A DNA stretch of 57,516 nt, taken from NCBI GenBank assembly GCA_964402835.1, contig CAYODZ010000228.1, forward strand, positions 1 to 57,516, given 5' to 3'. The stretch comes from an uncultured Gammaproteobacteria bacterium. Its GTDB lineage: Bacteria > Pseudomonadota > Gammaproteobacteria > Natronospirales > JAIVGZ01. How positions within the stretch are numbered: position 1 is the first letter of the stretch; each line of letters starts with the position of its first letter. The notes under the pieces were generated by a model. That model was not told the DNA's origin. It saw nothing but the letters and a program-made list of their open reading frames with translations, and did no database searches. This document shows positions 34,771 through 43,719 of the stretch, one piece after another. The position numbers and the translations under genes were made by a program.

Positions 34771-34994
34771 GCCAGCCGCAGCCGTCTCTGTTCATCGACC
34801 CGGGCGAACGTCGTGAGCGCATCGTCGTCGAGCTGCTGCGCAGATTCCCGGCGTACGGAGAGGGCACACCGGAGAATCATCGGAACGCGACGTCGGTGAC
34901 GCTGGCAAAGCAGCCGCCAACGTTCGCGTTCGGCGTGCCGGTGAGGGCGGTCGTCGATGCGGTGCTCGACCTGGCCGAGGAGGCCGATCGGTGA
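34767..34994 (+). CDS. Hypothetical protein
   Basis: ATGA overlap. 75 aa. Confidence 0.35.
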   Translation: MSQPQPSLFIDPGERRERIVVELLRRFPAYGEGTPENHRNATSVTLAKQPPTFAFGVPVRAVVDAVLDLAEEADR

Positions 34995-35974
34995 GCAAGA
35001 TCGAATGGACGCAGCAGACCTGGAATCCGATCGCAGGGTGCAGCCCGGTATCGGAGGGCTGCAGAAACTGCTACGCGGCCCGCGAGGCCATCCGGCTGCA
35101 GGAGAATCCGACTGTCCAGATCCGCGCCAAGTACGAAGGCACCGCCGTCATGCGTGGTGCTGATGCGCACCGACGCGCGGTATTCACGGGACGCGTAAAT
35201 CTCGCGCCGCAGCTGCTGGGGCTCCCGCTCCGATGGAAGCGCCCGCGCCGCGTGTTCGTGAACAGCATGAGCGACCTGTTTCATGAGAAGGTACCGATCA
35301 CGTTCATCGCGCACGTGTTCGCCGTGATGGCCGCGACGCCGCGTCATACGTACCAGGTCCTCACGAAGCGGCCGGAGTGGATGGCGACGCTTCTGAATGA
35401 CGAGTATTTCTGGCAGCAGGTCCACGGCTTCGGCATGGAGCAGTGGTGGGACGTCGACGCACTGGCGACCATCGGCGAGATCGGTCCGCTGCACCCGCTC
35501 GTGAACGTGTGGCTCGGCACATCCGTCGAGGACCAGGCAGCCGCGGATGAGCGGATCCCGCACTTGCTGCGCACGACGGCGGCCGTGCGATTCCTGAGCT
35601 GCGAGCCGTTGATCGGGCCGGTGGACCTGACGGGGTTCTTTCTCATTCCCGTCGCCGATCGTGGGTCATTCGATTCACCGATCGACTGGGTGATCGCCGG
35701 CGGCGAAAGCGGGCCCGGCGCGCGTCCGTGTGACATCGATTGGCTCTACACGATACGGGACGCGTGCAGGGACTTTCAGGTGCCACTATTCGTGAAGCAG
35801 CTCGGCGCGCAGCCGATCGCGGCCGATCTCACGCACACGCGGAGCGGATATGCGCTCCTGCCGGACAGCAGTGGCTATGCCCTGATGATGCGCAGTCCGA
35901 AGGGTGGCGATCCGTCTGAGTGGCCGGAGACGCTGCGGATTCGGGAGTACCCGAACATTACGGCGGGGGTGTGA
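34991..35974 (+). CDS. Phage Gp37/Gp68-family protein (DUF5131, three-Cys motif)
   Basis: N-terminus KIEWTQQTWNPIAGCSPVSEGCRNCYA is the hallmark of this family. GTGA overlap. Confidence 0.75.
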   Translation: MSKIEWTQQTWNPIAGCSPVSEGCRNCYAAREAIRLQENPTVQIRAKYEGTAVMRGADAHRRAVFTGRVNLAPQLLGLPLRWKRPRRVFVNSMSDLFHEKVPITFIAHVFAVMAATPRHTYQVLTKRPEWMATLLNDEYFWQQVHGFGMEQWWDVDALATIGEIGPLHPLVNVWLGTSVEDQAAADERIPHLLRTTAAVRFLSCEPLIGPVDLTGFFLIPVADRGSFDSPIDWVIAGGESGPGARPCDIDWLYTIRDACRDFQVPLFVKQLGAQPIAADLTHTRSGYALLPDSSGYALMMRSPKGGDPSEWPETLRIREYPNITAGV

Positions 35975-35976
35975 CA

Positions 35977-36291
35977 GTGCTGCCGTCCAAGGACTCTCCA
36001 TTGGTAGCGGAATACGCGCCGACGGTATGGAGCGGTGTGTACTTCATCGAGGCAGTCGGCACCGGGCTCGTGAAGATCGGTTTCAGCCGGAATGTAAAGC
36101 GCCGCATGGAGTACCTGCGAACCACATGCCCCCACGAGCTACGTCCGCTCCTGCTGCTGACCGATGGTTCGCCAGCGCTGGAGGCGGAGCTGCATCGACA
36201 GTTCGCGCACTGCCGAGTTCGTGGAGAATGGTTCCGTGTGGAGGATCCGGCCCTGCTGGAGTTCATCCGCGGCGATGGCGGGTCGTCATGA
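35977..36291 (+). CDS. GIY-YIG superfamily (T5orf172/MUG113-like) protein
   Basis: GVYFIEAV..GLVKIGFSRNVKRRMEYL...E..LH..F...R..GEWF pattern. GTG start 2 nt after the upstream stop. Confidence 0.6.
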   Translation: MLPSKDSPLVAEYAPTVWSGVYFIEAVGTGLVKIGFSRNVKRRMEYLRTTCPHELRPLLLLTDGSPALEAELHRQFAHCRVRGEWFRVEDPALLEFIRGDGGSS

Positions 36292-36473
36292 AGCGCCCTG
36301 GCAATCCGATGCCCGAGCCCCGGGGCCGGCCGCCCCGGCCGCAGGTCAACGTGCATCAAGCTACGGAGCCGCTCGACATTGACGCGTTCGCCGCGCATCT
36401 GGCCGCCCTGGTGCTCGAGCTAGAGGGCGTGGACGTGGCGCCGGCGACGCGAGAGCGTAGGATGGGGGCATGA
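36288..36473 (+). CDS. Small hypothetical protein upstream of integrase (directionality-factor candidate by position only)
   Basis: ATGA overlap. 61 aa. No motif recognised. Confidence 0.3.
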   Translation: MKRPGNPMPEPRGRPPRPQVNVHQATEPLDIDAFAAHLAALVLELEGVDVAPATRERRMGA

Positions 36474-36498
36474 ACAGCCCCATCACCGGAGGAATGGA

Positions 36499-38217
36499 AT
36501 GAGCCACACCGGCATCGCGCTGGGCTATACCCGCGTGAGCACAGAACGACAGGCGGACGAGGGTCGCACCTCGCTGTCCGACCAGCAGGCCGCGATCGAG
36601 GCGAAGGCCGCCGCGCTCGGCACGACCGTTACGCTATGGTTCCGTGACGAGGGAGCGAGCGGGGCGACGGCTGCCGGTCGTCCGGCGTTCAGTGCGCTCA
36701 TTGAGTATTGCGAGTCGAATCCGCAGCCGCGGCGCGCGCCCGGCGACGTGCTCGTGATGACGTTCTCCCGGTTCGGCCGCTTCGACAATCCGGAGGAGGC
36801 GCCGTACTGGCGGCACCGCCTGCTCCTGGCCGGCTGGGTCGTACGCTTCGCGGAGGGGGATGTCGAGGGCGATGTCGCGCCCATCATGCGCGCCGTCGGC
36901 GACGTGGAAGCCTCGACGTACCGCAGGAACCTGCGCGCGAACACGCGGCGGGGGATGAAGGGCGCCGCGTCGCAAGGATACTGGACCAGGGAGGCTCCGT
37001 TCGGGTTTCGGCGCATGGTGGTGCTCCCGCCGGAGTCTGCGCGCGTGCTGGAGGTTGGACAGTTGAAGGCGCCGAACGAGAAGGTAAAGCTCGTGCCCCA
37101 CACCGTGGAGGCGAAGATCGTCGCGTGGGCGTATCGCGCGTATGCCGAGCGCGAACACACCGCGTGCTCGCTCGCGCGCGAGCTCAAGACCATCGTGCCG
37201 TCGAAGCCGTGGGGGCCGCAGCTGCTACTGGCATTGCTCCGAAACCCCGCGTACTGCGGCGACGTACTCGGCGGTCGTCGACGCGGCGAGAGTGACACCG
37301 CGCACATTCGGGCGGTCCCGGAGCTCTACGGGATGAGGAACGCGCACGAGCCGATTGTTTCACGCGAGCTCTGGGAAGCGGCGCAACACCGCATGAGTGA
37401 GAACCGGAAGATCGGTCGCGGCGTTGCGTCCACGTACCTGCTGTCCGGCCTCCTGCATTGCCCGTACTGCACGGGGCACTACGTCGGCGGCGGCGGCGGC
37501 CGGAAGTTCCACAGCAAGACCCGGCGCGAGCGGCGGCGCTTCTATCGTGACGCCGGCGGGATGGATGGCATATGCCCTGGCCGCATCGGCACCGTCATGC
37601 GCTACATCATCGAGGATGCGGTGATCGCGACGATGACGAAGACGATCCGCTCACGCGCAGTGCGCGGCCGCGTCGAGCAGCACATAGAACGCGCGCTGTC
37701 GGGGTCTCCCGACGCAGGCGAGAGCGAGGCGACACTGCGCAGGACGCGATCGCGCCTCGATGAGCGGCGCGATCGCCTGATTGCACTCATGCTGAACGGC
37801 ACCGTGACGCAGGCGGAGGGTGCGGGCCAGATGGAGCAGCTCCGCACGAGCATCGCGGACACCGAGCGGCGCATCGAGTCGCTCCGGTTCGTCGCGCGTC
37901 GACGCGTACCGCGCGCGGAAGAGCGCGACCGGCTCGTGCAGATGGTGATGGACTTCCCTGCGCTCGCCCAGCGGCTGAAGGGCCCGGCGCTCCGCGCGCT
38001 GCTCGAGCGGTGGCTCGCGGCCGCAACGTTCGACAAGGTGACCCGCGAACTGGAGCTCCACATTCGACCCGTGCCCTCGCTCGCCTTTCAGCCTGCAACC
38101 CGGGCGGGGCGAGATGATCCGCCGCAAGGTCCCCGCCCGCTAATCCGCCGGGTCAATCTCATCCAGCCTGGCTACTCGCCGTGGGCCCAGCTCGAGGCCA
38201 TGGAGCGCGGCGCATGA
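36499..38217 (+). CDS. int: Large serine recombinase (integrase)
   Basis: N-terminal resolvase catalytic motif GYTRVSTERQ, recombinase domain, zinc-ribbon CPYCTGHY, C-terminal coiled coil. 572 aa. Confidence 0.85.
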   Translation: MSHTGIALGYTRVSTERQADEGRTSLSDQQAAIEAKAAALGTTVTLWFRDEGASGATAAGRPAFSALIEYCESNPQPRRAPGDVLVMTFSRFGRFDNPEEAPYWRHRLLLAGWVVRFAEGDVEGDVAPIMRAVGDVEASTYRRNLRANTRRGMKGAASQGYWTREAPFGFRRMVVLPPESARVLEVGQLKAPNEKVKLVPHTVEAKIVAWAYRAYAEREHTACSLARELKTIVPSKPWGPQLLLALLRNPAYCGDVLGGRRRGESDTAHIRAVPELYGMRNAHEPIVSRELWEAAQHRMSENRKIGRGVASTYLLSGLLHCPYCTGHYVGGGGGRKFHSKTRRERRRFYRDAGGMDGICPGRIGTVMRYIIEDAVIATMTKTIRSRAVRGRVEQHIERALSGSPDAGESEATLRRTRSRLDERRDRLIALMLNGTVTQAEGAGQMEQLRTSIADTERRIESLRFVARRRVPRAEERDRLVQMVMDFPALAQRLKGPALRALLERWLAAATFDKVTRELELHIRPVPSLAFQPATRAGRDDPPQGPRPLIRRVNLIQPGYSPWAQLEAMERGA

Positions 38218-38260
38218 AGAACCGCCACTCCCGCCGCTCCATTCGGCAACGCCGCCGTCG

Positions 38261-38296
38261 TCGCGCGCGCCGGTGGATCCACATGCTGCGCGCGAT
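38261..38296. other. Candidate attP core: perfect 10-bp palindrome GTGGATCCAC (38273..38282) flanked by GC-alternating imperfect arms
   Basis: Lies in the 106-bp non-coding gap right after the serine integrase gene. Serine-integrase attP sites are short imperfect palindromes usually next to int. Confidence 0.3.
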
Positions 38297-38323
38297 CGCG
38301 ATGCAGGTCGCTGGGAGGGCTGC

Positions 38324-39001
38324 ATGAGCGGACTCGTGCGCTGCCCCCACTGCAGCCGGCGACTCGACGCCACCTTCACGACGGACCTGCACGGGCACGT
38401 GCAGGAGCACGTCGAGTTCTGCGGGTGTCCGGAGAGTCGTCGCCTGGCCGGGATATGCAAGTACTGCGATCTGCCCACCGACAGCTCACGCTCCCGCTAC
38501 TGCGGCGATGAGCACCGCCGGCGCGGCCAGCGGGAGGCGTTTGCCAGGTACCGCCGATCGGCGAAGGGCAAGGCATCCCAGAAGCGAGAAAACCGTAGAC
38601 GTCGCACCGCAACGGGTCGTGCGAAGCGTCGCCTGTACGAGCGCGATAACCGGTCCACGCCAGAGTGGCGCGCCAGGCGGAGCGCCCGCCGGAAGGCGCT
38701 CGCGAAGAAGAAGCCGGAACTGAAGCGCGAGCAGCACCGCCGATACAAGGAACGATATCCGGAGCGCGTGCGCGAGCAGATGCAGCGGGCGAACGCGAAG
38801 CGTGCGGATGCGAAACGTGAGCACATGCACCGGTACGCCACGAAGTACGTCGGCCCCGGACGATCTCCCACCTGCCGGGACTGCAATGGGGAGATCCCGT
38901 TCAACGGCCGCGGCCGGCCGCACGCGCGGTGCGAGACATGTGATCCGAAGAGCTGGTCGCGGAATCAGTCCGCGGCATCGCCGCAGGAGCGGGCCGCATG
39001 A
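38324..39001 (+). CDS. Zinc-finger protein with extremely basic Arg/Lys-rich core
   Basis: N-terminal CPHC...CGC...CKYC...YCGDEHRRR and C-terminal CRDC...CETC. Core has R/K-rich Y.ER...PE repeats. Confidence 0.45.
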   Translation: MSGLVRCPHCSRRLDATFTTDLHGHVQEHVEFCGCPESRRLAGICKYCDLPTDSSRSRYCGDEHRRRGQREAFARYRRSAKGKASQKRENRRRRTATGRAKRRLYERDNRSTPEWRARRSARRKALAKKKPELKREQHRRYKERYPERVREQMQRANAKRADAKREHMHRYATKYVGPGRSPTCRDCNGEIPFNGRGRPHARCETCDPKSWSRNQSAASPQERAA

Positions 39002-39228
39002 AGATCCGCATCGCCACCGCTCGCCGTGCATGGGAGTGCCGCACGATGAACTGGCATCCGGAAATCGGCACCGTTAACGGACCGCGCCGCGTGCTCGACG
39101 GCGGCGATGTGCCCGCTGATCACACGCATCAGATCGCGCCGGGCTCCCGCTTCGTCCAGTTCCAGATGTACGGTGAGACGCAGCGCATGTGCGAAGCCTG
39201 CGCGCGCGCGGCGGGAGTACTGCAATGA
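38998..39228 (+). CDS. Hypothetical protein
   Basis: ATGA overlaps. 76 aa with C..C at the C-terminus. Confidence 0.4.
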   Translation: MKIRIATARRAWECRTMNWHPEIGTVNGPRRVLDGGDVPADHTHQIAPGSRFVQFQMYGETQRMCEACARAAGVLQ

Positions 39229-39656
39229 CGCACGTCATCCACCGCTCCAGCAGCGTCGAGTGGTCGACGCCGCGCCGGCTCTTCAACGAACTCGATCGCG
39301 AGTTCGGGTTCACGCTGGACGTGTGTGCCACGCCCGCCAATGCGACGTGCGATCGCTTCTTTACTGCGGAGCAAGACGGTCTGCTTCAGGAGTGGGACGG
39401 CGTGTGTTGGATGAACCCTCCGTACGGAAAGACTCTCGGCACCTGGATCGCGAAAGCGTACGAGGCAGCGCGCGCCGGCGCGACGGTCGTGTGCCTGGTG
39501 CCGGCGCGGACGGACACCAGCTGGTGGCACGATCTCGTGATGGGCAAAGCTGAGGTCCGCTTCCTCCGCGGGCGTATTCGGTTCGGTGATTCGAAGGGAC
39601 CCCGCGCGCCGTTCCCGTCCGTGGTGCTGATCTATCGGCCGCAGGTGCCGGGATGA
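39225..39656 (+). CDS. Phage-type DNA N6-adenine methyltransferase (Dam-like, PF05869-type)
   Basis: EWSTPRRLFNELDREFGFTLDVCA...F.....DGL...W.G..WMNPPYG matches the phage Dam family including the NPPY catalytic motif. Confidence 0.75.
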   Translation: MTHVIHRSSSVEWSTPRRLFNELDREFGFTLDVCATPANATCDRFFTAEQDGLLQEWDGVCWMNPPYGKTLGTWIAKAYEAARAGATVVCLVPARTDTSWWHDLVMGKAEVRFLRGRIRFGDSKGPRAPFPSVVLIYRPQVPG

Positions 39657-39904
39657 CGCCGACACCGCTCGACCGCGCTGCCCTGCTGATTCTGGACGGC
39701 ATCCTGAAGCAGCTCCCGAAGCTGTCGCCCGACCGCCTCGACCACCTGCTCGCCCGCGTGTCCTGGATCCACCGCCAGCGCGTCGCCAAGGCGCGCGCCC
39801 AGGAGAACGCGCAGAAGGCGCGCGAGCTCGTTGTGCGCATGCAGAGCGCCGCCGCGCACACCAACGGCGCATCCATCGACCCCCCCCCCCCGCGACGTCG
39901 GTAG
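39653..39904 (+). CDS. Hypothetical protein ending in a C12-encoded poly-Pro
   Basis: ATGA overlap. 83 aa. Its 3' end runs through the homopolymer at 39880..39891. Confidence 0.4.
   Translation: MTPTPLDRAALLILDGILKQLPKLSPDRLDHLLARVSWIHRQRVAKARAQENAQKARELVVRMQSAAAHTNGASIDPPPPRRR
39880..39891 (+). repeat. Homopolymeric C12 tract
   Basis: Read directly: gac cccccccccc cgcg. It lies 11 nt before the stop of 39653..39904. Confidence 0.9.
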
Positions 39905-39908
39905 CGCC

Positions 39909-40112
39909 ATGACGATCAAGGATACGTCGCGCATGGGGAACCGCCACCGGCCGAAGAAGAACGATGCTGGAGACTGGGTCTGCATCGTCTGCGATACACC
40001 ACTGGAGCACAGCGGCCGCGGCCGCGTGCCGGTGTTCTGCACCACGCACAGGAATCCATCAACCCGCGCCGAGCTCGGCGCATCACACCACACCCGGGAA
40101 GGCACACAATGA
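39909..40112 (+). CDS. Hypothetical Cys-containing protein
   Basis: 67 aa (..WVCIVCDTPLEHSGRGRVPVFCTTH..). Its frame is open back through the C tract. Confidence 0.4.
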   Translation: MTIKDTSRMGNRHRPKKNDAGDWVCIVCDTPLEHSGRGRVPVFCTTHRNPSTRAELGASHHTREGTQ

Positions 40113-41638
40113 ACGTCGTCGTAGGAAGGACCCCGCTCGAGCCCCACGAAGTGGAGGAACTCCGGCTCTCGATCGTCGACCGTGTCACTGCGGTCAGTCG
40201 CGTGAAGAAGGCCGCGGAAAAGGCGAACATGGAGAACACCGTCGAAGATGCAGACAGCATCATCGTGGTGTGCAAGCGGCTGAAGCTGCTCTTCGACCCG
40301 AACGATCACCCGAAGGAGGAAACCCGCCGCACGCAGGCGGACCTGTTTACCGGCCGGCCGAGCCAGTCGATCGAGGAAGCCACAGCCGACGCGGCGCAGA
40401 TTGCTGACCGCCGGATCCGTCACCGCGAGATCGTGCGCGCGATCGCCGGCATCATGTATCCCGGGCCGGAGGACAAATCCCACCAGCCGGACGAGGTCCT
40501 GCGCGCGGCGCTGATCGACACGCTCGAGGAGGTGAACCACGTCGACAATGAAGGCGAGAAAGGCGAGAAGATGTGGGCGGGCATCTACCGCCACGAGACG
40601 CAGGACAAGAAGGTCGTGTGGTGCGCGGTCAGCACCCAGGGCGGCGTCGAGCGGTTCTGGTACGACATCGATCCCGAGCTCACGAAGTTCAGCCCGGAGG
40701 CGCTGGCGCCGACGCTGACCGGCGACGCGCTGCTGCCCATCCTGCGCGAGGCGTGGGGGCTGCCGGATCCGGCCGTGCGCGAGCGAGAGATCCGCGCCGC
40801 GGTGGTGGGGCTGCTGAATGGATTCGAGCTGACGCATGAGCACCGCGTCGCGATGGACGAGGATGAGGACACACTCGGCAATCTGATCGCGAATCACCTC
40901 GATAGTGTGACGGAGAAGCATCCGACCGAGGACGACGGTGACCTGCCCGTGGGTTTCGTGCGGCACACGGAGGAGTCCGGCCGGAAGGTACTGCTGTACG
41001 TCACAGGGGGCGTGGGGATCGAGCTGTACTACGACGTGCCGGAAGCAGGACCGGCGGATGATTCCCTGCCCGATCTGAACGAGGATGCGTTCCTCGCGAT
41101 CGCGCGCGAGTCCCTCTTCCCTGCTGACATGGAAGAGCCGGCCGCAACCCCGCAGCCGGAGACCGCGGAGGAATGGTCGCACCGGATCCGCCCTGCGCCG
41201 GAGCCGGACCCGAAGAAGCAGATCACGACCGAGATGGCCGTGCAGACGATGCACAGCATCCTCGTGCTCGATACACCGGGCGCCGTGGACGCATGGCACG
41301 AGTTCGCGCAGCGTGCGTGCACCGATGCGGAGCTGCTCCAGCAGGTGACGGACTACCTGATCATCCGGAGCCAGGGCAAGAACAAGATCAGCGGCACCGA
41401 GATGATCGGTGTCACGGGCAACGCCGACAACCTGCAGCCGGTCTCCTATGACCTCACCATCGAGCCGCTCCGCATCGTGCTCGGCAAGGGCAAGGCGAAG
41501 AAGCCGATCGACGGCGACTCGCTGCTGGTGCTGATCCGTGCGCTGTTCGACGTCGAGCGGCCGGAGGAAGTGGCGCCGGAGGACCAGGCGATCGCCGTGC
41601 CCGCTGAGAGCGAGCAGGAGGAGGCGGTGCCGGCATGA
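40109..41638 (+). CDS. Large acidic protein of unknown function (509 aa)
   Basis: ATGA overlap and consistently GC-rich third positions. Strongly acidic. No motif recognised. Confidence 0.55.
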   Translation: MNVVVGRTPLEPHEVEELRLSIVDRVTAVSRVKKAAEKANMENTVEDADSIIVVCKRLKLLFDPNDHPKEETRRTQADLFTGRPSQSIEEATADAAQIADRRIRHREIVRAIAGIMYPGPEDKSHQPDEVLRAALIDTLEEVNHVDNEGEKGEKMWAGIYRHETQDKKVVWCAVSTQGGVERFWYDIDPELTKFSPEALAPTLTGDALLPILREAWGLPDPAVREREIRAAVVGLLNGFELTHEHRVAMDEDEDTLGNLIANHLDSVTEKHPTEDDGDLPVGFVRHTEESGRKVLLYVTGGVGIELYYDVPEAGPADDSLPDLNEDAFLAIARESLFPADMEEPAATPQPETAEEWSHRIRPAPEPDPKKQITTEMAVQTMHSILVLDTPGAVDAWHEFAQRACTDAELLQQVTDYLIIRSQGKNKISGTEMIGVTGNADNLQPVSYDLTIEPLRIVLGKGKAKKPIDGDSLLVLIRALFDVERPEEVAPEDQAIAVPAESEQEEAVPA

Positions 41639-41859
41639 AGGTGACCGCAGTCGCCACGGAGCAGATCACTGAGATCGATGGCGTCACCGCTCGGGTGTGG
41701 AAGGGCACGACCGAGAACGGCGTGGAATTCATCATGTTCGTGGCCCGCGTCGCGGTGCACAAGGACGCCGACCCGGCGGAGTTCGAACGCGAGCTGAAGA
41801 GCATACCGCCTCCGCGTATTACGCCGCTGGCGCATGTGTTCGACCCGCGGATGTTCTGA
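41635..41859 (+). CDS. Hypothetical 74-aa protein
   Basis: ATGA overlap upstream and TGATG overlap downstream. Confidence 0.45.
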   Translation: MKVTAVATEQITEIDGVTARVWKGTTENGVEFIMFVARVAVHKDADPAEFERELKSIPPPRITPLAHVFDPRMF

Positions 41860-43658
41860 TGACCGCACCCCCGGTCCTCCAGTTCACCCCGGGCGCGTCC
41901 GGGGTCGGCGTCGACCTCGAGCGGCTGATCTCGTCGCGCGCGCTCGTCCAGGCGGACAGCGGCGGCGGGAAGAGCTGGCTGCTGCGCTACATCATCGAGC
42001 AGCTATACGGACGCGTGCAGATCGTGGTGCTGGACCCGGAGGGTGAGTTCGCTACGCTCCGGGAGCGGCACGACTTCCTGCTCGCCGCCGGCGACGACGG
42101 CGACGTCCGCGCGGATCCGAAGACCGCGAAGCTGCTCGCGCGCCGCGTGCTCGAGCTCAGCGCGTCCGCGATCGTCGACATCTACGAGCTGCAGCTACCA
42201 GCCCGCCGGAAGTATGTGCGGCTATTCCTCGAGGAATTGATGCACGCGCCGCGGAAGCTCTGGCGGCCGCTCCTGGTGTTCATCGACGAGGCGCACACGT
42301 TCGCACCTCAGACCGGCGATGCCGAGTCGCTCAGCGCGATTGTGTCCCTCTGCACGCTCGGCCGTAAGCGCGGCTTTGCCGCGGTGCTCGCCACGCAGCG
42401 GATCAGCAAGCTCCACAAGGACGCCGCCGCTGAGCTCAAGAACAAGTTCATCGGCAGCTGCGGGCTCGACCTGGACATGAAGCGAGCCGGCGACGAGCTG
42501 GGCTTCGACAAGGACGGCCGGTTGCAGCTGCGATCGATGCAGCCGGGGACGTTCTACACGTTCGGCCCCGCGATCAGCGAGCGCGGCGTCAACCTGGTGC
42601 GCTCCGGACCGGTGAAGACGACGCACCCGGAGCCCGGCGCAATCGCGCCCCCTGCCCCGCCGCCGCCGGCGGCCGTGAAGAAACTGCTCGGCCAGATGAA
42701 GGACCTCGAGCGGGAAGCCGAGGATGAGGCGCGCTCGATCGAGGATCTGCAGCGCCAGCTCGCGGCGGAGAAGTCGAAGGTGCGAAAGCTCGAGCGCGGC
42801 GTTTCAAAACCGTTGCAAACTGAAACGGTCGTCGACGAGAAGGCGATCGCGCGCGCAGTCGCGACCGCGGAGCGTCAGCTGCGCAACGAGTTCAACCAGG
42901 CGCAGCTCGAGCAGCGCGGCGTCGATCGGCAGCTGCGCACGCAGATCACGACGCTCGGAAAGCAGCTCGGCCGTATCGGCGGGCTCGCCGGTCAGATCGT
43001 GCAGCTGTGTGGCGTCGACTTGGGGGAGGTGGCGGCCGCAGCGCCGGTGAAGCCGAACGGCAGCGCAGCCGCGGCACCTGGTCCTGTTCCTCGACCGGAA
43101 AAGAGGACCATCCCCCTGCCGACCACAGAGCGCGCGTCGCGTCGTACGGCCGTTTCGTCCTCGACTGACGGCATCGGCACCCCGGAGCAGCGCATTCTGA
43201 ACGCGCTTGCGACGTACGAGGGGTTCGGGATGGACGTGGTGGAACGCGACGCGGCTGCGGCAATGGGCGGATACAAGCCGGGCAGCGGTCACGTGAACAA
43301 CACGGTGGGGCGCCTCTCTTCCGCCGGCCTCGTGGAGATCCCATCTGGCGGCATGCTGGCCCTGACAGACGCGGGTCGCGCGATCGCAGAGGCGGACGAG
43401 GTCCGGTCTCTCGCCGACGTGCACGCGATCTGGATGGGGCTCCTGAACGGGCCGCAGCAGAAGATCCTGCAAGTCCTCCTCGAGGACTATCCGGACCCGG
43501 TCGACCGTAACGAGCTCGCCGCGCGTGCGGGATTCCAGCCGGGCTCCGGCCACGTCAATAACACGATCGGCAGCCTGACAAAGCTGAAGGCGGCAACGGT
43601 GCCTGTGAAGGGCCAGGTCGCGGCGTCGGCGCTGCTCTTCCCGGAGGGACTGTCATGA
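41859..43658 (+). CDS. HerA/FtsK-like (DUF87-type) P-loop ATPase with coiled coil and two C-terminal winged-helix repeats
   Basis: Walker A DSGGGKSWLL, Walker B LLVFIDEAHTF, ATQR sensor-like motif. Duplicated GYKPGSGHVNNTVGRLSSAGLVEIP / GFQPGSGHVNNTIGSLTKLKAATVP modules. Confidence 0.6.
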   Translation: MTAPPVLQFTPGASGVGVDLERLISSRALVQADSGGGKSWLLRYIIEQLYGRVQIVVLDPEGEFATLRERHDFLLAAGDDGDVRADPKTAKLLARRVLELSASAIVDIYELQLPARRKYVRLFLEELMHAPRKLWRPLLVFIDEAHTFAPQTGDAESLSAIVSLCTLGRKRGFAAVLATQRISKLHKDAAAELKNKFIGSCGLDLDMKRAGDELGFDKDGRLQLRSMQPGTFYTFGPAISERGVNLVRSGPVKTTHPEPGAIAPPAPPPPAAVKKLLGQMKDLEREAEDEARSIEDLQRQLAAEKSKVRKLERGVSKPLQTETVVDEKAIARAVATAERQLRNEFNQAQLEQRGVDRQLRTQITTLGKQLGRIGGLAGQIVQLCGVDLGEVAAAAPVKPNGSAAAAPGPVPRPEKRTIPLPTTERASRRTAVSSSTDGIGTPEQRILNALATYEGFGMDVVERDAAAAMGGYKPGSGHVNNTVGRLSSAGLVEIPSGGMLALTDAGRAIAEADEVRSLADVHAIWMGLLNGPQQKILQVLLEDYPDPVDRNELAARAGFQPGSGHVNNTIGSLTKLKAATVPVKGQVAASALLFPEGLS

Positions 43659-43719
43659 TGGAGCTCAGTGACCTGCGAGACCGTTCGCTACGACCACCAA
43701 TGCCAGCGGAGGCGATGTA

